Shown here in pieces: positions 37,573-47,222 of a stretch of 64,000 nt of DNA (positions are counted from its first letter, which is position 1; every line of letters starts with the position of its first letter). Made by a program: the position numbers and the translations under genes. The notes beneath the pieces are model-generated. The model saw only the letters and a program-made list of their open reading frames with translations. It was not told the origin of the DNA and did not search any database. Origin of the DNA: an uncultured virus (IMG/VR IMGVR_UViG_3300044632_001415) (Duplodnaviria; Heunggongvirae; Uroviricota; Caudoviricetes); the IMG/VR virus record IMGVR_UViG_3300044632_001415. The stretch is one strand, 5' to 3'.

Positions 37573-37619
37573 AAGACTGGTTATATAGTAACATTTCTGC
37601 ACTATATAACCAGTCTTCA
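37573..37619. terminator. perfect 18-bp inverted repeat overlapping a TTACTAT motif
   Basis: GAAGACTGGTTATATAGT-N11-ACTATATAACCAGTCTTC. Confidence 0.7.
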
Positions 37620-37641
37620 AATTTGAAATATTAATGAACGC

Positions 37642-37926
37642 CTATGCTTTTTTTGTTGTCTTTGGGGTATTTGTTACCTTTTTAGCAGGAGTTTTTTGTG
37701 TGTTTGCTCCGTTAATATTTTTAGGTCTACCAGGCTTTTTCTTCTTAGGTTCAGAAGTTTTATTATCATCTAAGTCATAACCACCAAGTTTTGGTTGTTG
37801 AAAAGTAATTACTGGCTCTACTACAGAATTTACTGATGTAGTAGGTTTAGCCTGAAAAGTAGGACTTGGTATTTTTTTCTTTTTTGTAAATAATAACTTT
37901 CTTGCAAGCTTTTTGATTAATTTCAT
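37642..37926 (-). CDS. Lys/Thr/Pro-rich protein with GRP (AT-hook-like) motif
   Basis: KKKKPGRPKN; AGGAG RBS. Confidence 0.65.
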   Translation of the reverse strand: MKLIKKLARKLLFTKKKKIPSPTFQAKPTTSVNSVVEPVITFQQPKLGGYDLDDNKTSEPKKKKPGRPKNINGANTQKTPAKKVTNTPKTTKKA

Positions 37927-37938
37927 TTGTTTCTCCTG

Positions 37939-38262
37939 TTACTTTGTACCTTGCTGTGATTCTTTAATGAGCATATAACGCTCACCAGTTTCTTTTGAAG
38001 CTAAAGAAAACCCATAGGCAACTGCTTCTTCAACTGCTGCCGTCAGAGCTTGTTTATCTTCAAAGGAAACACCATGCAAAGGTATGGTAACCCCTGCATA
38101 AACATCAATATTTTCAAAATTGCCAATATTGATTTTTCTATTTACCCCACATATTACTACGGGAGAGCTTGTTAAAGAAATTTCATTACTCAAGAGATTA
38201 ACCACCTGGTCTAGGGGAGAGTCCATAGACTGCTCCATTGCTGTTTTTGTTATCTTAGGCAT
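37939..38262 (-). CDS. hypothetical phage protein
   Basis: RKINIGNFENIDVY motif. Confidence 0.65.
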   Translation of the reverse strand: MPKITKTAMEQSMDSPLDQVVNLLSNEISLTSSPVVICGVNRKINIGNFENIDVYAGVTIPLHGVSFEDKQALTAAVEEAVAYGFSLASKETGERYMLIKESQQGTK

Positions 38263-39046
38263 ATACGTTTATAAACTCGTTAATTATTTCTAGTGTCTTA
38301 TTAGTTTGCTCATCAATTGATAAGTCATCGGTGACTATTATAGCAGATGAAATTTCTTTCACCAAGTCACATTCTTTTTCTGATTTATGAGAAGATTGTT
38401 CTGCTGTCATTAGATGACCATCTCTTTTCATCATTCTTTCATTTCTGACTTCATCTGAGGCGTCGAAGTATATGATCATTCCATTTGGTTGACTTAGAAT
38501 TTTATCAGCTTCATTTTTAAATCTGACATCTGAAATAATAATCCCAACATGTTTGGGATTATCTTGAAAACCTTCTGAAGAAATAATACTTCTATGCATC
38601 TTTGTTGATTTATAGATTGCCCATTTGGCAAAAATTTCAGGATCATATAGTCTACATAGATCTCCTGCTTTTTGTAGAAAAGATCTCGGTTTAATGCCTT
38701 CCGGTTCTATAGCTAAATTATGTAGCTGCTCAACAATGTCGATAAAATGTCTATAGTCAGGAATATTACCTAGGGCATTGCCACCAAAAAGATCAAACAG
38801 TACTTCATGTATAGAAAATAGCTGCCTATCTTTCTGCCTAAAGCCAAGCGTAGTCTTTTTAATTGTAGCTATTTCATACAGCGATAGAGTAAAGAAGATA
38901 TGATCCCAGATGATATGTCCATCTGAGCTATTTATTCTTGCTTTTGGAACTATCTGTTCAGCTACAGAAGTCTTGCCACTGGCAGCTTTTCCAGATAGCC
39001 CAATAATTATTGGATATTCGGGATGATATTTTTTTTGTATATTCAT
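38255..39046 (-). CDS. deoxynucleoside monophosphate kinase
   Basis: IIGLSGKAASGKT P-loop, PRSFLQK.G, IISDVRFKNE, H.SE. Confidence 0.85.
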   Translation of the reverse strand: MNIQKKYHPEYPIIIGLSGKAASGKTSVAEQIVPKARINSSDGHIIWDHIFFTLSLYEIATIKKTTLGFRQKDRQLFSIHEVLFDLFGGNALGNIPDYRHFIDIVEQLHNLAIEPEGIKPRSFLQKAGDLCRLYDPEIFAKWAIYKSTKMHRSIISSEGFQDNPKHVGIIISDVRFKNEADKILSQPNGMIIYFDASDEVRNERMMKRDGHLMTAEQSSHKSEKECDLVKEISSAIIVTDDLSIDEQTNKTLEIINEFINVYA

Positions 39047-39063
39047 AGCATCTATTATAGCAC

Positions 39064-39498
39064 TTAGATCTTGGATACGTACTCTTTTCTGATTTCTAAT
39101 TCATTAAGAAATGCATTAGCTAGGGCGTCTGGTTCCCAGACAAAAGACCTATTTACTTGAACTACTCGAAAATTAAATTCTTCCCTTATTTCTTCAACTG
39201 TCATTAGTAGTGGAATAAGGGACGCATTTTTACACTTCCACTTACCATTGATCTGATTTGCTACAACGGCAGAATCAGTATATATAATTGGATCTGATAA
39301 ATCAGCCATAGAACATATTAACAAGCCAGCTATTACAGCCTCATACTCTGCTTCGTTGTTAGTTCTGGGACCAAGACCTCTGGCAAATTGTGCTATTTTT
39401 TTTCTATTTTTATAAACAACAGCAGAACACGCTGCCTCTCCAAATTTTTTTTGACCTTGACCACGCGATGCTCCATCGCAGAAAACTTCTATGTTCAT
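39064..39498 (-). CDS. rnhA: ribonuclease HI
   Basis: DGASRG, TNNEAEYEA, YTDS.VV.NQING.WK, D.LAN. Confidence 0.9.
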   Translation of the reverse strand: MNIEVFCDGASRGQGQKKFGEAACSAVVYKNRKKIAQFARGLGPRTNNEAEYEAVIAGLLICSMADLSDPIIYTDSAVVANQINGKWKCKNASLIPLLMTVEEIREEFNFRVVQVNRSFVWEPDALANAFLNELEIRKEYVSKI

Positions 39499-39509
39499 TT
39501 AACACCGTT

Positions 39510-39665
39510 TCAGTTTATTTTGAGTAAAGAATATATATCTAGCAGCATGTTTTCAACTTCTTGTCTTGAGTATAGCTCTCTGTCTTGAGAATATATTTCA
39601 TGTAAAAAGTTTTCAATTTCTGATTTTACGTCAGCTACTTGCTCCTGAGTCAATTCTAATGTCAT
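39510..39665 (-). CDS. small acidic protein (51 aa, not in ORF track)
   Basis: MTLELTQEQVADVKSEIENFL...LLKIN*; fills the operon gap. Confidence 0.5.
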   Translation of the reverse strand: MTLELTQEQVADVKSEIENFLHEIYSQDRELYSRQEVENMLLDIYSLLKIN

Positions 39666-39855
39666 ATTCTATTCCATATTTTTTGGCGGTGTTAATTATA
39701 TTATTTTCATGAGAATTACTAGATACTTGAATTGTTTTATTTAAAAGATATCTATCACCCTTATACTCAACCTGCATAGGGAAATTTAAATCTTTTCTTT
39801 TTTCTGAATAAAACTCTTTGGATGACGTAACACTTTTATAGTAACCTATAAACAT
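39631..39855 (-). CDS. hypothetical protein
   Basis: AAGGA RBS. Confidence 0.55.
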   Translation of the reverse strand: MFIGYYKSVTSSKEFYSEKRKDLNFPMQVEYKGDRYLLNKTIQVSSNSHENNIINTAKKYGIEYDIRIDSGASS

Positions 39856-39874
39856 ATAATATCCTTTTTCTTAA

Positions 39875-40381
39875 TTAGTAAGTACTAAAGTCAGATTCTA
39901 AATATGAACCTTTTTCTTCTCTATAGGCTGCTACCTGCATAGATTGAATCTTATCCATTAATTTTCTGGCTGATTCGGAGGCAATGCGAGCTGAGTTTTC
40001 CATTGATTCAGCTAAGCTAACCATTGCCTCAGCTGTAACCATTTCAGAGTATTGCTCTTCTGCAGCAGTCATAGCAGAAGCTTCTCTTTCGGCTTCATTT
40101 TTTCCAACTCGGTTAGATTTGTATACTCTTTTATAGTTACCTTCTACGATTTTAAAATGTGCCCGAGCCATTCCAGCAAATCTAGCAGCGCGTCCGTAAA
40201 CATTAGACGTTCTAGCAACCAATGAAGCGATGTTGTCTATACCTAGATCAACTATATCCACTTCTGGAATTTCTACAAAATATTTATTTATTTTTTCAGC
40301 AGAACTGTATGCGTCTATTACCTCTGTTAACTGGGGTGCTAAAAAATCTGTTAGCAATTGCTGAAGTTTTTGAATTGTCAC
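39875..40381 (-). CDS. helical coiled-coil protein
   Basis: Ala/Glu-rich heptads; GTGA overlap with sigma factor gene. Confidence 0.6.
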   Translation of the reverse strand: MTIQKLQQLLTDFLAPQLTEVIDAYSSAEKINKYFVEIPEVDIVDLGIDNIASLVARTSNVYGRAARFAGMARAHFKIVEGNYKRVYKSNRVGKNEAEREASAMTAAEEQYSEMVTAEAMVSLAESMENSARIASESARKLMDKIQSMQVAAYREEKGSYLESDFSTY

Positions 40382-41241
40382 TTTACCTTCTCCGCTGATA
40401 AAAGAATTGCGTATTCATCAATTTCTAATTCAATTATTAAATCTCTAACTTTATTTTTAATTTTAGTTAAATGCTCTCTAATTGTATTGGGATGCTCATT
40501 TATTTTTAGAGATATTTCACTGGATCTTTCACCATCTACATATCTCCATTTTAAAAGCTGTCTTTCCTGAACAGATAGTCTATCAAACGGTGATACATTT
40601 TTCTCTCCAAGAACCCAAAATTCATCAATTTTATCGGTAGAAAGCATCTGCTCTAAGGAGTATTCTACTGGATCTGCCTTAAATCCTACAACATAGTTTT
40701 CATCACTTTCATCTGTTGTCGCATCGTCACTGAGTAGTGGGAAAGTTTTTCTACCAAGCTGATCAATTAAAAATGTATCAACATTCTTTTTTAGTAGATA
40801 AAAAAAATAACTATATAAAAATCCACTAAATGGTATTGGACCTTTTGCTGAATCTTTTCTCTCATATCTGTTAATACACTGAAAAAATGTTAGGTTTATT
40901 GTTTGGCGGATATCTTCCTCGTCACCATACCTTCTTGCCATATAGTTAATGCCCCTCATACACTCATTGATCACTCTCGTGTTATTTTGATTAAGTTTGT
41001 TTTTCATTAACGCAAAACGTGTACCGGGATCTTTGATGAACAAAGAAATAAACCTTCGAATATCATAATCATTTAGATTAAACTTGGAATAATACAGCAG
41101 TGACGTATATTTAGTTAAGAAGTTACTAAACACTTTCAGCAACTCTTCCTGATGATGACCTGAACCCTTTTTTGCCTTGTCTATAAGATCTTGCATTTCA
41201 TTTTCTTGCAGTGAATAATACTGCTCCTTATAACTACTCAT
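40378..41241 (-). CDS. phage RNA polymerase sigma70-family factor
   Basis: 'DLIDKAKKG...EELL', 'EDIRQ...FFQCINRY....PFSGFL', region 4 'LSVQERQLLKWRYVDG....EIS......NTIR'. Confidence 0.8.
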   Translation of the reverse strand: MSSYKEQYYSLQENEMQDLIDKAKKGSGHHQEELLKVFSNFLTKYTSLLYYSKFNLNDYDIRRFISLFIKDPGTRFALMKNKLNQNNTRVINECMRGINYMARRYGDEEDIRQTINLTFFQCINRYERKDSAKGPIPFSGFLYSYFFYLLKKNVDTFLIDQLGRKTFPLLSDDATTDESDENYVVGFKADPVEYSLEQMLSTDKIDEFWVLGEKNVSPFDRLSVQERQLLKWRYVDGERSSEISLKINEHPNTIREHLTKIKNKVRDLIIELEIDEYAILLSAEKVK

Positions 41242-41801
41242 TTCTTGCCTTCCCAATTTATAAAATAATCACTATATATATCTCTTATATCTTCATAATA
41301 AATTATTACCGGAACCTCTAGTTCGTTCATAAAATTTTTAGCGTCGGTGGAGTATTTGCTAATGACACAAGTTAGCTTTGCAAACTCGTCTGGATAATAT
41401 CTTTTAAACCTTTTCAATTTTAGTTTACTTTTATCATCTAGATAGCCTTTGACTTCAATCCATTCATTATTCCTTGTCAGTAGAAAATCTGGAGTGTAAG
41501 CTCTTGTTCCCCTTTTAATTGGAAATGGAAATACTGTTGGCTCAAATTCAAAATCAATTTTATATAATTTTAAAATCCTGACAAAATTTGCTTCCCAACT
41601 TGATCTAACATTCATGTCAATATCTTTCCTGTAACCAGTTTTAGTATATTGATATGCGTTTCCTTTTTTTCTTTTTGGAAGTTCATCATTCATAATTGCT
41701 TGATCAACCTGCTTGTTTCTGATATTATTCAAATTAGGTTGTTTTTTGAACGAAGATTTTTCCAGAAAAAAATCGTTTGGCGTTGCAATCCGTGTCTGCA
41801 T
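41238..41801 (-). CDS. PD-(D/E)XK endonuclease (resolvase-like)
   Basis: RSSWEAN..R, FEFEP..F, YTPDF, WIEVKG. Confidence 0.8.
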   Translation of the reverse strand: MQTRIATPNDFFLEKSSFKKQPNLNNIRNKQVDQAIMNDELPKRKKGNAYQYTKTGYRKDIDMNVRSSWEANFVRILKLYKIDFEFEPTVFPFPIKRGTRAYTPDFLLTRNNEWIEVKGYLDDKSKLKLKRFKRYYPDEFAKLTCVISKYSTDAKNFMNELEVPVIIYYEDIRDIYSDYFINWEGKK

Positions 41802-41909
41802 CCTGTATCCTTTATGTCTATAAGCGTATCTATATTATACAATAAAAAGTAAAAAAAAACAAACCAAACGCTACAACGCAAGTTGTAGCCTAAAAAGAAA
41901 GAAAATATA

Positions 41910-42083
41910 ATGTCCACCATTAATACACTAAATGAAATCATCAAGGAAACAATTGACCAAATGAACAGCGAAATTGCTGAAGACCTAGTTGTAAACTATG
42001 GTTATGACTTTGATTCGGCAATTAAGTTGGTAACTGAGTTTACCGAGTTTGACATCGCTGACTCTTCCGAATCAGACTTCTGA
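41910..42083 (+). CDS. small acidic protein (57 aa, not in ORF track)
   Basis: MSTINTLNEIIKETIDQMNSEIAEDLVVNYGYDFDSAIKLVTEFTEFDIADSSESDF*; upstream hairpin and downstream terminator. Confidence 0.65.
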   Translation: MSTINTLNEIIKETIDQMNSEIAEDLVVNYGYDFDSAIKLVTEFTEFDIADSSESDF

Positions 42084-42098
42084 TTCTTATATAAAATA

Positions 42099-42138
42099 AA
42101 ATAAAAATGGGGCTGGGAAACCGGCCCCATTTTTATTT
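42099..42138. terminator. bidirectional Rho-independent terminator
   Basis: AAATAAAAATGGGGCTGG-GAAA-CCGGCCCCATTTTTATTT between convergent genes. Confidence 0.85.
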
Positions 42139-42140
42139 GT

Positions 42141-42935
42141 CTAACTTCTTTTCTTATTTCTAAAAACACCAGTACCACAAGCTCCAGAAGCTGCATGGTC
42201 GCAATAGCTACATATTCTTACGTTTGATGTTGGATTGAAATTTCTATCTGAAATAATATTATTTATAGATTGAATCAACTTTACTTTTACATTTTCAATA
42301 TCTTGCTTAGAAAATAGATGACCTTTTTTCTTTCCAGATCTAAGATAGTATAACTCTGCATATACTTCTTTATCTGGGAATATATGATCCATAGCTAGCG
42401 CATATATTCCTAACTGCAAATTATTAGGAACCTCCTTAAGAGTTACTTCCCATTTGCCTGTTTTGTAATCAGTTATATGAACTCTATCTTCATATACATC
42501 TACTCTATCTATAAAGCCTATTATCTTGTAGCTGCCAATAATTAAACTGAATGCCAACTCTTTATCAAAGATATGAAAATCTACATCACTATTAGTATCA
42601 TAAAAGTCATCTATTATTCGAGATCCAACAGATATTAGTTCATTGGATATTTTATTATCTGGATCCCAAATTGGGATATTTTTTTCATATTCTAATTTAA
42701 GTTCTTCTAAATCTATTTGTTTATTATTTTCTAATTTATTCTCTAAGACAGAGTGAACAATATTACCAAGAGTAGCAGCTGCGTTGAACTGTCTTGGCTC
42801 TTTTTGTATATAAGAATAAAAATACTTAGCTGGACATTGTGTGTATGTATCTATTCTAGAGTAGGAAAAATCTACTAGACTAAGCCGTTCTAAATAGCTA
42901 AGTGATTCATAACTTTTAATTGGTATTGATAACAA
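42141..42935 (-). CDS. RecB/Cas4-like PD-(D/E)XK exonuclease
   Basis: SYSRI..Y..CP, G..VHS.LE, GFIDRVD, ITDYKTG, QLGIYA, CSYC......C. Confidence 0.88.
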   Translation of the reverse strand: MLSIPIKSYESLSYLERLSLVDFSYSRIDTYTQCPAKYFYSYIQKEPRQFNAAATLGNIVHSVLENKLENNKQIDLEELKLEYEKNIPIWDPDNKISNELISVGSRIIDDFYDTNSDVDFHIFDKELAFSLIIGSYKIIGFIDRVDVYEDRVHITDYKTGKWEVTLKEVPNNLQLGIYALAMDHIFPDKEVYAELYYLRSGKKKGHLFSKQDIENVKVKLIQSINNIISDRNFNPTSNVRICSYCDHAASGACGTGVFRNKKRS

Positions 42936-42944
42936 AAAATACTC

Positions 42945-43106
42945 CTATTCATATTCATTTGGGTCAAAAATTAGATTTCCTTCCTGATCATATTCTTTTC
43001 CCATCTCGTCTATTGTATGACCATTATGCTTATTTACGTAACAGCCATTCTTCGTTGGAATCCAACCAGTTTCACCTATCTCCATATAATCGTCAGATGG
43101 CCACAT
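42945..43106 (-). CDS. small protein (53 aa, not in ORF track)
   Basis: MWPSDDYMEIGETGWIP...FDPNEYE*; fills the operon gap. Confidence 0.5.
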   Translation of the reverse strand: MWPSDDYMEIGETGWIPTKNGCYVNKHNGHTIDEMGKEYDQEGNLIFDPNEYE

Positions 43107-43317
43107 TTTCGCCACCAATCATAACCTCAACATCTGTTATCTCATCTGCATTAAGATAGTAATGAATTACTGTGTACAGATCTTTTAGGTCTTTAGGTGT
43201 CAAATAAAAACCAACACAAGTACATTGTAAAAATAATTTATCTTCATAATTATATGTTGAATCTGTATATTCAGTTAATTTAATGTTTCCTTTTTGCACA
43301 ACTGCGGGAATTGACAT
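43093..43317 (-). CDS. hypothetical protein
   Basis: GAGGAG RBS. Confidence 0.6.
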   Translation of the reverse strand: MSIPAVVQKGNIKLTEYTDSTYNYEDKLFLQCTCVGFYLTPKDLKDLYTVIHYYLNADEITDVEVMIGGENVAI

Positions 43318-43319
43318 TT

Positions 43320-43685
43320 TTACTCCTCATAAATTGTTATTGGATTCCAATTTGGATTATCCATTTTTTCTCTCATATCTTTTACGTAAGAGTCCCAGTC
43401 TCTTTCGTCTTCTGTTTTCTTCTGATATCTAACGCTACCCTTGAATGGATTTGAGTTAAACTTAGTCATAACTAAACGACCTTGCTGTGTCTTCCATCTA
43501 AGGATTCCATTTTTGCAGTCGCAAAAATCTTCATTATCAACTTTAATTTTTAATTCTGGATCATATCTTCCAGAGCAACCGTTACATTTAGTGTATCTAC
43601 CCTTGTCTTGACATCTATTGCATGATGAGCAGAATACCCAACACCATTTTTCTACAGGATTAATAGTAGGACCAACACTAGACAT
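43320..43685 (-). CDS. Cys-rich hypothetical protein
   Basis: CxxCxxC, CxxC, CxC. Confidence 0.6.
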   Translation of the reverse strand: MSSVGPTINPVEKWCWVFCSSCNRCQDKGRYTKCNGCSGRYDPELKIKVDNEDFCDCKNGILRWKTQQGRLVMTKFNSNPFKGSVRYQKKTEDERDWDSYVKDMREKMDNPNWNPITIYEE

Positions 43686-46600
43686 TATTACTCTCCAATT
43701 CAATTAGCTTTTTAATAGAAGACTCTACGTTGGGTGAAGCTTCTATTTTATATTTGTAAATAAATTTATGTTTTTCAGAATTAACCTGCAAGAATACAGG
43801 TCTATCTCCTTTTGAGGAATTAATTATATCATATATTTTGTTGAGTAAGACGGGTGATATATCTTTATCAACATCAAAAACTAAAGCTTTTCCTGTTAAA
43901 AATAAATGTGAATCTATTTTTTCGCAAGACGAATAATATATCTTTGCAACTGGGTTTTCTTCATCCCCTTCTTTTGAAAGATTGCCAGATATGATTAAAA
44001 CATCACCTTTATTAAAATAGTCATCCGAAATAGATTTGGCTGCGTTGGGAAAGATTATTATTTCAATATCAGAAGATATATCCTCAATCGTAATCTTAAA
44101 CATTTTCTGACCTTTTTTGGTCATGATTTTCTTTACTGCAGTTATTATTCCACCGATTTTTACAGAAGATCCAACAGTGTAATTAATCAAATCAATAATT
44201 TCACATGTTATTTTTTTAGAAAGAATATCCCAGATACCAAGAACTGGATGAGTAGTAACATAAATTCCAAGTTCATCTTTTTCTTTTTCTAAAATAGATA
44301 ATTCTTCTAATCTATTATATCCAACTTTATATTCATCAATTAATTCGTCTAGTGCACCGGCCATAGCTAGGTGTTCTAATGTTGATTTCTTAAGAATTGT
44401 AGGATCACATCTCCTAAAAAAGTCTGATAAATTTTTATACGGATTTAATTCATCTCTAGATGAAACAATAGCGTCTGCTATTGATGACCCAATTCCGTTA
44501 ACAGCTGATAGTCCAAAAACAATAGAAGAATCATCTATAACCTCAAAGTCAAATCCAGAATAATTTACCGAAGGTGGTAGCACTGATATGCCTAGCTTCC
44601 TACAGTCGGATAGATAAAATGATTGCTTATCTTTATTTCCAACAACAGAAGACATAAGTGCAGCCATATATTCAACAGTATAGTTAGCCTTTAAGTATGC
44701 TGTTACATAACTAATCATTGCGTAACTGGCGGCATGCGCTCTGTTGAAACCGTATCCGCCAAAGTATTCAATGTCTGAGAAAATTTTATTAGCTAACTGT
44801 TCAGATATCTGAGAAGATTTAACACAACCTTCAACAAATTTACTGCGCATTTTAGCAATTTTATCCATTAACTTTTTACCTATAACTTTGCGTAAGTCAT
44901 CGGCTTCTGCCGAAGAAAAGCCAGCTAATTCTCTAGCTACACCAAGAACATCTTCCTGATATAGCATAATACCCAGAGATGGCGCTAAAACAGATTCTAA
45001 TTTAGGATCATCATATTTGATTCTACTACGACCATGTTTTCTGTCTATATACTCTTTATCCATTCCCGAACCCATTGGTCCAGGTCTATGTAGTGATATA
45101 AGGGCCATTATGTCTTCTATACTTCTTGGCTGCAAAGAGATCATCATTTCTCTCATAGATGATGACTCAAGCTGGAATACTCCAGCACAATTGCCTCTAC
45201 ATAATTCGTCATAAGTTTTAGCATCATCCAATGGTATTAAATCAATATCAATTGATATCCCCTTATGTTTGTCTATTAGCTTGACACAAGAATCAATGAC
45301 ACCTAGGTTTCTTAAACCAAGAAAGTCTATTTTTAGTAGACCACATTGTTCAACTCGACCCATATCCCACTGGGTTACAATTGGATTATCTACACCCTTT
45401 TGCATAATTGGTAAGTAATCAGTTAATGGGCCTTTTGATATAACTACACCAGCGGCATGAATTCCTGTTTGCCGAACAAGGCCTTCTAATCCAAATGCAG
45501 TGTCTACAATTTCTTTAGCTGTATTATCTTTTTTGTATAATTCTGAAAAGTCAGCAACTTCCATGCACTCAGAAAGATTTTTAGATATACCCAAAATAGG
45601 CGGAGGTACAAGTTTAGCTACGGTATCCCCTGCTGCAAAATCATGACCTAGTGCTCTGGCAGCGTCTCGTATAGATTGACGAGCTCCTGTCTTATTGAAC
45701 GTACATATATGTGCAACATGATCTACGCCATATTTACTTCTAGCGTAGTTAATAACTTCATCTCTATGTCTATCGTCAAAGTCTAGATCTATATCTGGCA
45801 TTGACTTTCTTCCCTCGACAAGGAATCTTTCAAACATTAAACCAAACTTAATTGGATCTAGGTTAGTAATTTTAAATGCGTAAGATAATATACTGCCAGC
45901 AGCAGAACCTCTTCCCCACCCAACTCTAACATTATTATTTTTAGCCCAATTAACTAGATCTGAAACAACTAGAAAATATTCTGGAAATCCCATATCTTTT
46001 ACTACACGTATTTCATGATTAGCTCTATCTATAATATCCTGCGGAAGTGCATCGCCATATCTTTCCTTTAAACCACTCCAAGCTAATCTTTCGAAGTAAT
46101 CATTAGATGTTTCTTTTGTTGGAATTGGAAAATCTGGAAAATATATGTTTCCAAAATTTAAATTAATATCAACCATATCACATACGTCCATGGTATTCTT
46201 TAACCAATCAGGATTAAATTTTCTTTCCATCTCATCATATGACTGAAGATAGAATTCATCACCACTAAAAGAAAATCTATTTGGAGTATGAATATTACAG
46301 TTTGTAGCAACACATAGCATGATGTCATGGGCGCGAGCGTCATTTTGATGCACGTAGTGGCAGTCTCCACTTGGGACTACTTTGGCTCCAATAATGGAAG
46401 CTATTTCAACTAATTGGTTAAATACTTTGCGTTGCTCGGAAAGACCATGGTCTTGAACTTCTATAAAATAATTTTCTCTACCAACAATATCCTGCATTTT
46501 CTTAGCTGAGTTAAGGGCGTAGTCAAAATCATTTCTTAGTAAAGCCTGAGACACTTCACTATTTAGGCAGCCAGATAGCACAATGATTCCATCAGAGTGT

Positions 46601-47010
46601 TGAGATATAAGATCGTGATCGATTCTAGGCTTAACGTAATATCCTTCAAGAAATGATCTTGATGACATTTTAATAATATTTTTATAACCAACATTATTTT
46701 TAGCTAGAATTGTTATATGATATGGCCCTCTTTGTTCCCATTCATTTTTGGCCGGACCAGATCTTTCTTCCTCGTCTTTATCAAATCTGGTTTTTCTAGC
46801 TTGATAAAATTCAGAACCAAGAATTGGCTTTACACCCGTAGCTTGACCTGCATCATAGAAATCAAGCCACGAGTGTATATTGCCATGATCAGTTGTAGCT
46901 AGACCTTTCATTCCAAGAGATCTAGCTCTGTCTAAATACTCCTCAATTCTTCCATGTCCATCGAGCATAGAATAGACTGTATGGTTGTGGAGATTTGTCC
47001 AATTTTTCAC
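43678..47010 (-). CDS. dnaE: DNA polymerase III alpha subunit
   Basis: PHP domain (LHNHT.YS.LDG, TDHG, KPRID, GCL, DCHY), GRGSAAGS, MPDIDLD, HAAGVVI, KIDFLGL, YGFNRAHA, OB fold. Confidence 0.97.
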   Translation of the reverse strand: MKNWTNLHNHTVYSMLDGHGRIEEYLDRARSLGMKGLATTDHGNIHSWLDFYDAGQATGVKPILGSEFYQARKTRFDKDEEERSGPAKNEWEQRGPYHITILAKNNVGYKNIIKMSSRSFLEGYYVKPRIDHDLISQHSDGIIVLSGCLNSEVSQALLRNDFDYALNSAKKMQDIVGRENYFIEVQDHGLSEQRKVFNQLVEIASIIGAKVVPSGDCHYVHQNDARAHDIMLCVATNCNIHTPNRFSFSGDEFYLQSYDEMERKFNPDWLKNTMDVCDMVDINLNFGNIYFPDFPIPTKETSNDYFERLAWSGLKERYGDALPQDIIDRANHEIRVVKDMGFPEYFLVVSDLVNWAKNNNVRVGWGRGSAAGSILSYAFKITNLDPIKFGLMFERFLVEGRKSMPDIDLDFDDRHRDEVINYARSKYGVDHVAHICTFNKTGARQSIRDAARALGHDFAAGDTVAKLVPPPILGISKNLSECMEVADFSELYKKDNTAKEIVDTAFGLEGLVRQTGIHAAGVVISKGPLTDYLPIMQKGVDNPIVTQWDMGRVEQCGLLKIDFLGLRNLGVIDSCVKLIDKHKGISIDIDLIPLDDAKTYDELCRGNCAGVFQLESSSMREMMISLQPRSIEDIMALISLHRPGPMGSGMDKEYIDRKHGRSRIKYDDPKLESVLAPSLGIMLYQEDVLGVARELAGFSSAEADDLRKVIGKKLMDKIAKMRSKFVEGCVKSSQISEQLANKIFSDIEYFGGYGFNRAHAASYAMISYVTAYLKANYTVEYMAALMSSVVGNKDKQSFYLSDCRKLGISVLPPSVNYSGFDFEVIDDSSIVFGLSAVNGIGSSIADAIVSSRDELNPYKNLSDFFRRCDPTILKKSTLEHLAMAGALDELIDEYKVGYNRLEELSILEKEKDELGIYVTTHPVLGIWDILSKKITCEIIDLINYTVGSSVKIGGIITAVKKIMTKKGQKMFKITIEDISSDIEIIIFPNAAKSISDDYFNKGDVLIISGNLSKEGDEENPVAKIYYSSCEKIDSHLFLTGKALVFDVDKDISPVLLNKIYDIINSSKGDRPVFLQVNSEKHKFIYKYKIEASPNVESSIKKLIELESNNV

Positions 47011-47222
47011 TAAATTCCTCTACTTCTATCTGAGCCATCAAGAGCACTATCTCTTGTTTCTCTATATGTAATAATTACAACTCCGCCACAATACTTGCAA
47101 GGAACAGGCTTACCTTCCTGAGCAAAAGGACTTCTTTCCATGTATTGATCTGGCTGATCCGACTTACACTCAGAGCACACTCCAATAACATCATCTGGAT
47201 TTTGTATATTAGACATTTTCAC
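47010..47222 (-). CDS. small Zn-ribbon protein
   Basis: CSEC...PCKYCGG. Confidence 0.6.
   Translation of the reverse strand: MKMSNIQNPDDVIGVCSECKSDQPDQYMERSPFAQEGKPVPCKYCGGVVIITYRETRDSALDGSDRSRGI

Noticed and set aside
42141..42935. CRISPR-Cas system suggested by the Cas4-like nuclease
   Set aside because: No repeat-spacer array or other cas gene seen; solo RecB/Cas4-like nucleases are usual in phage replication modules.
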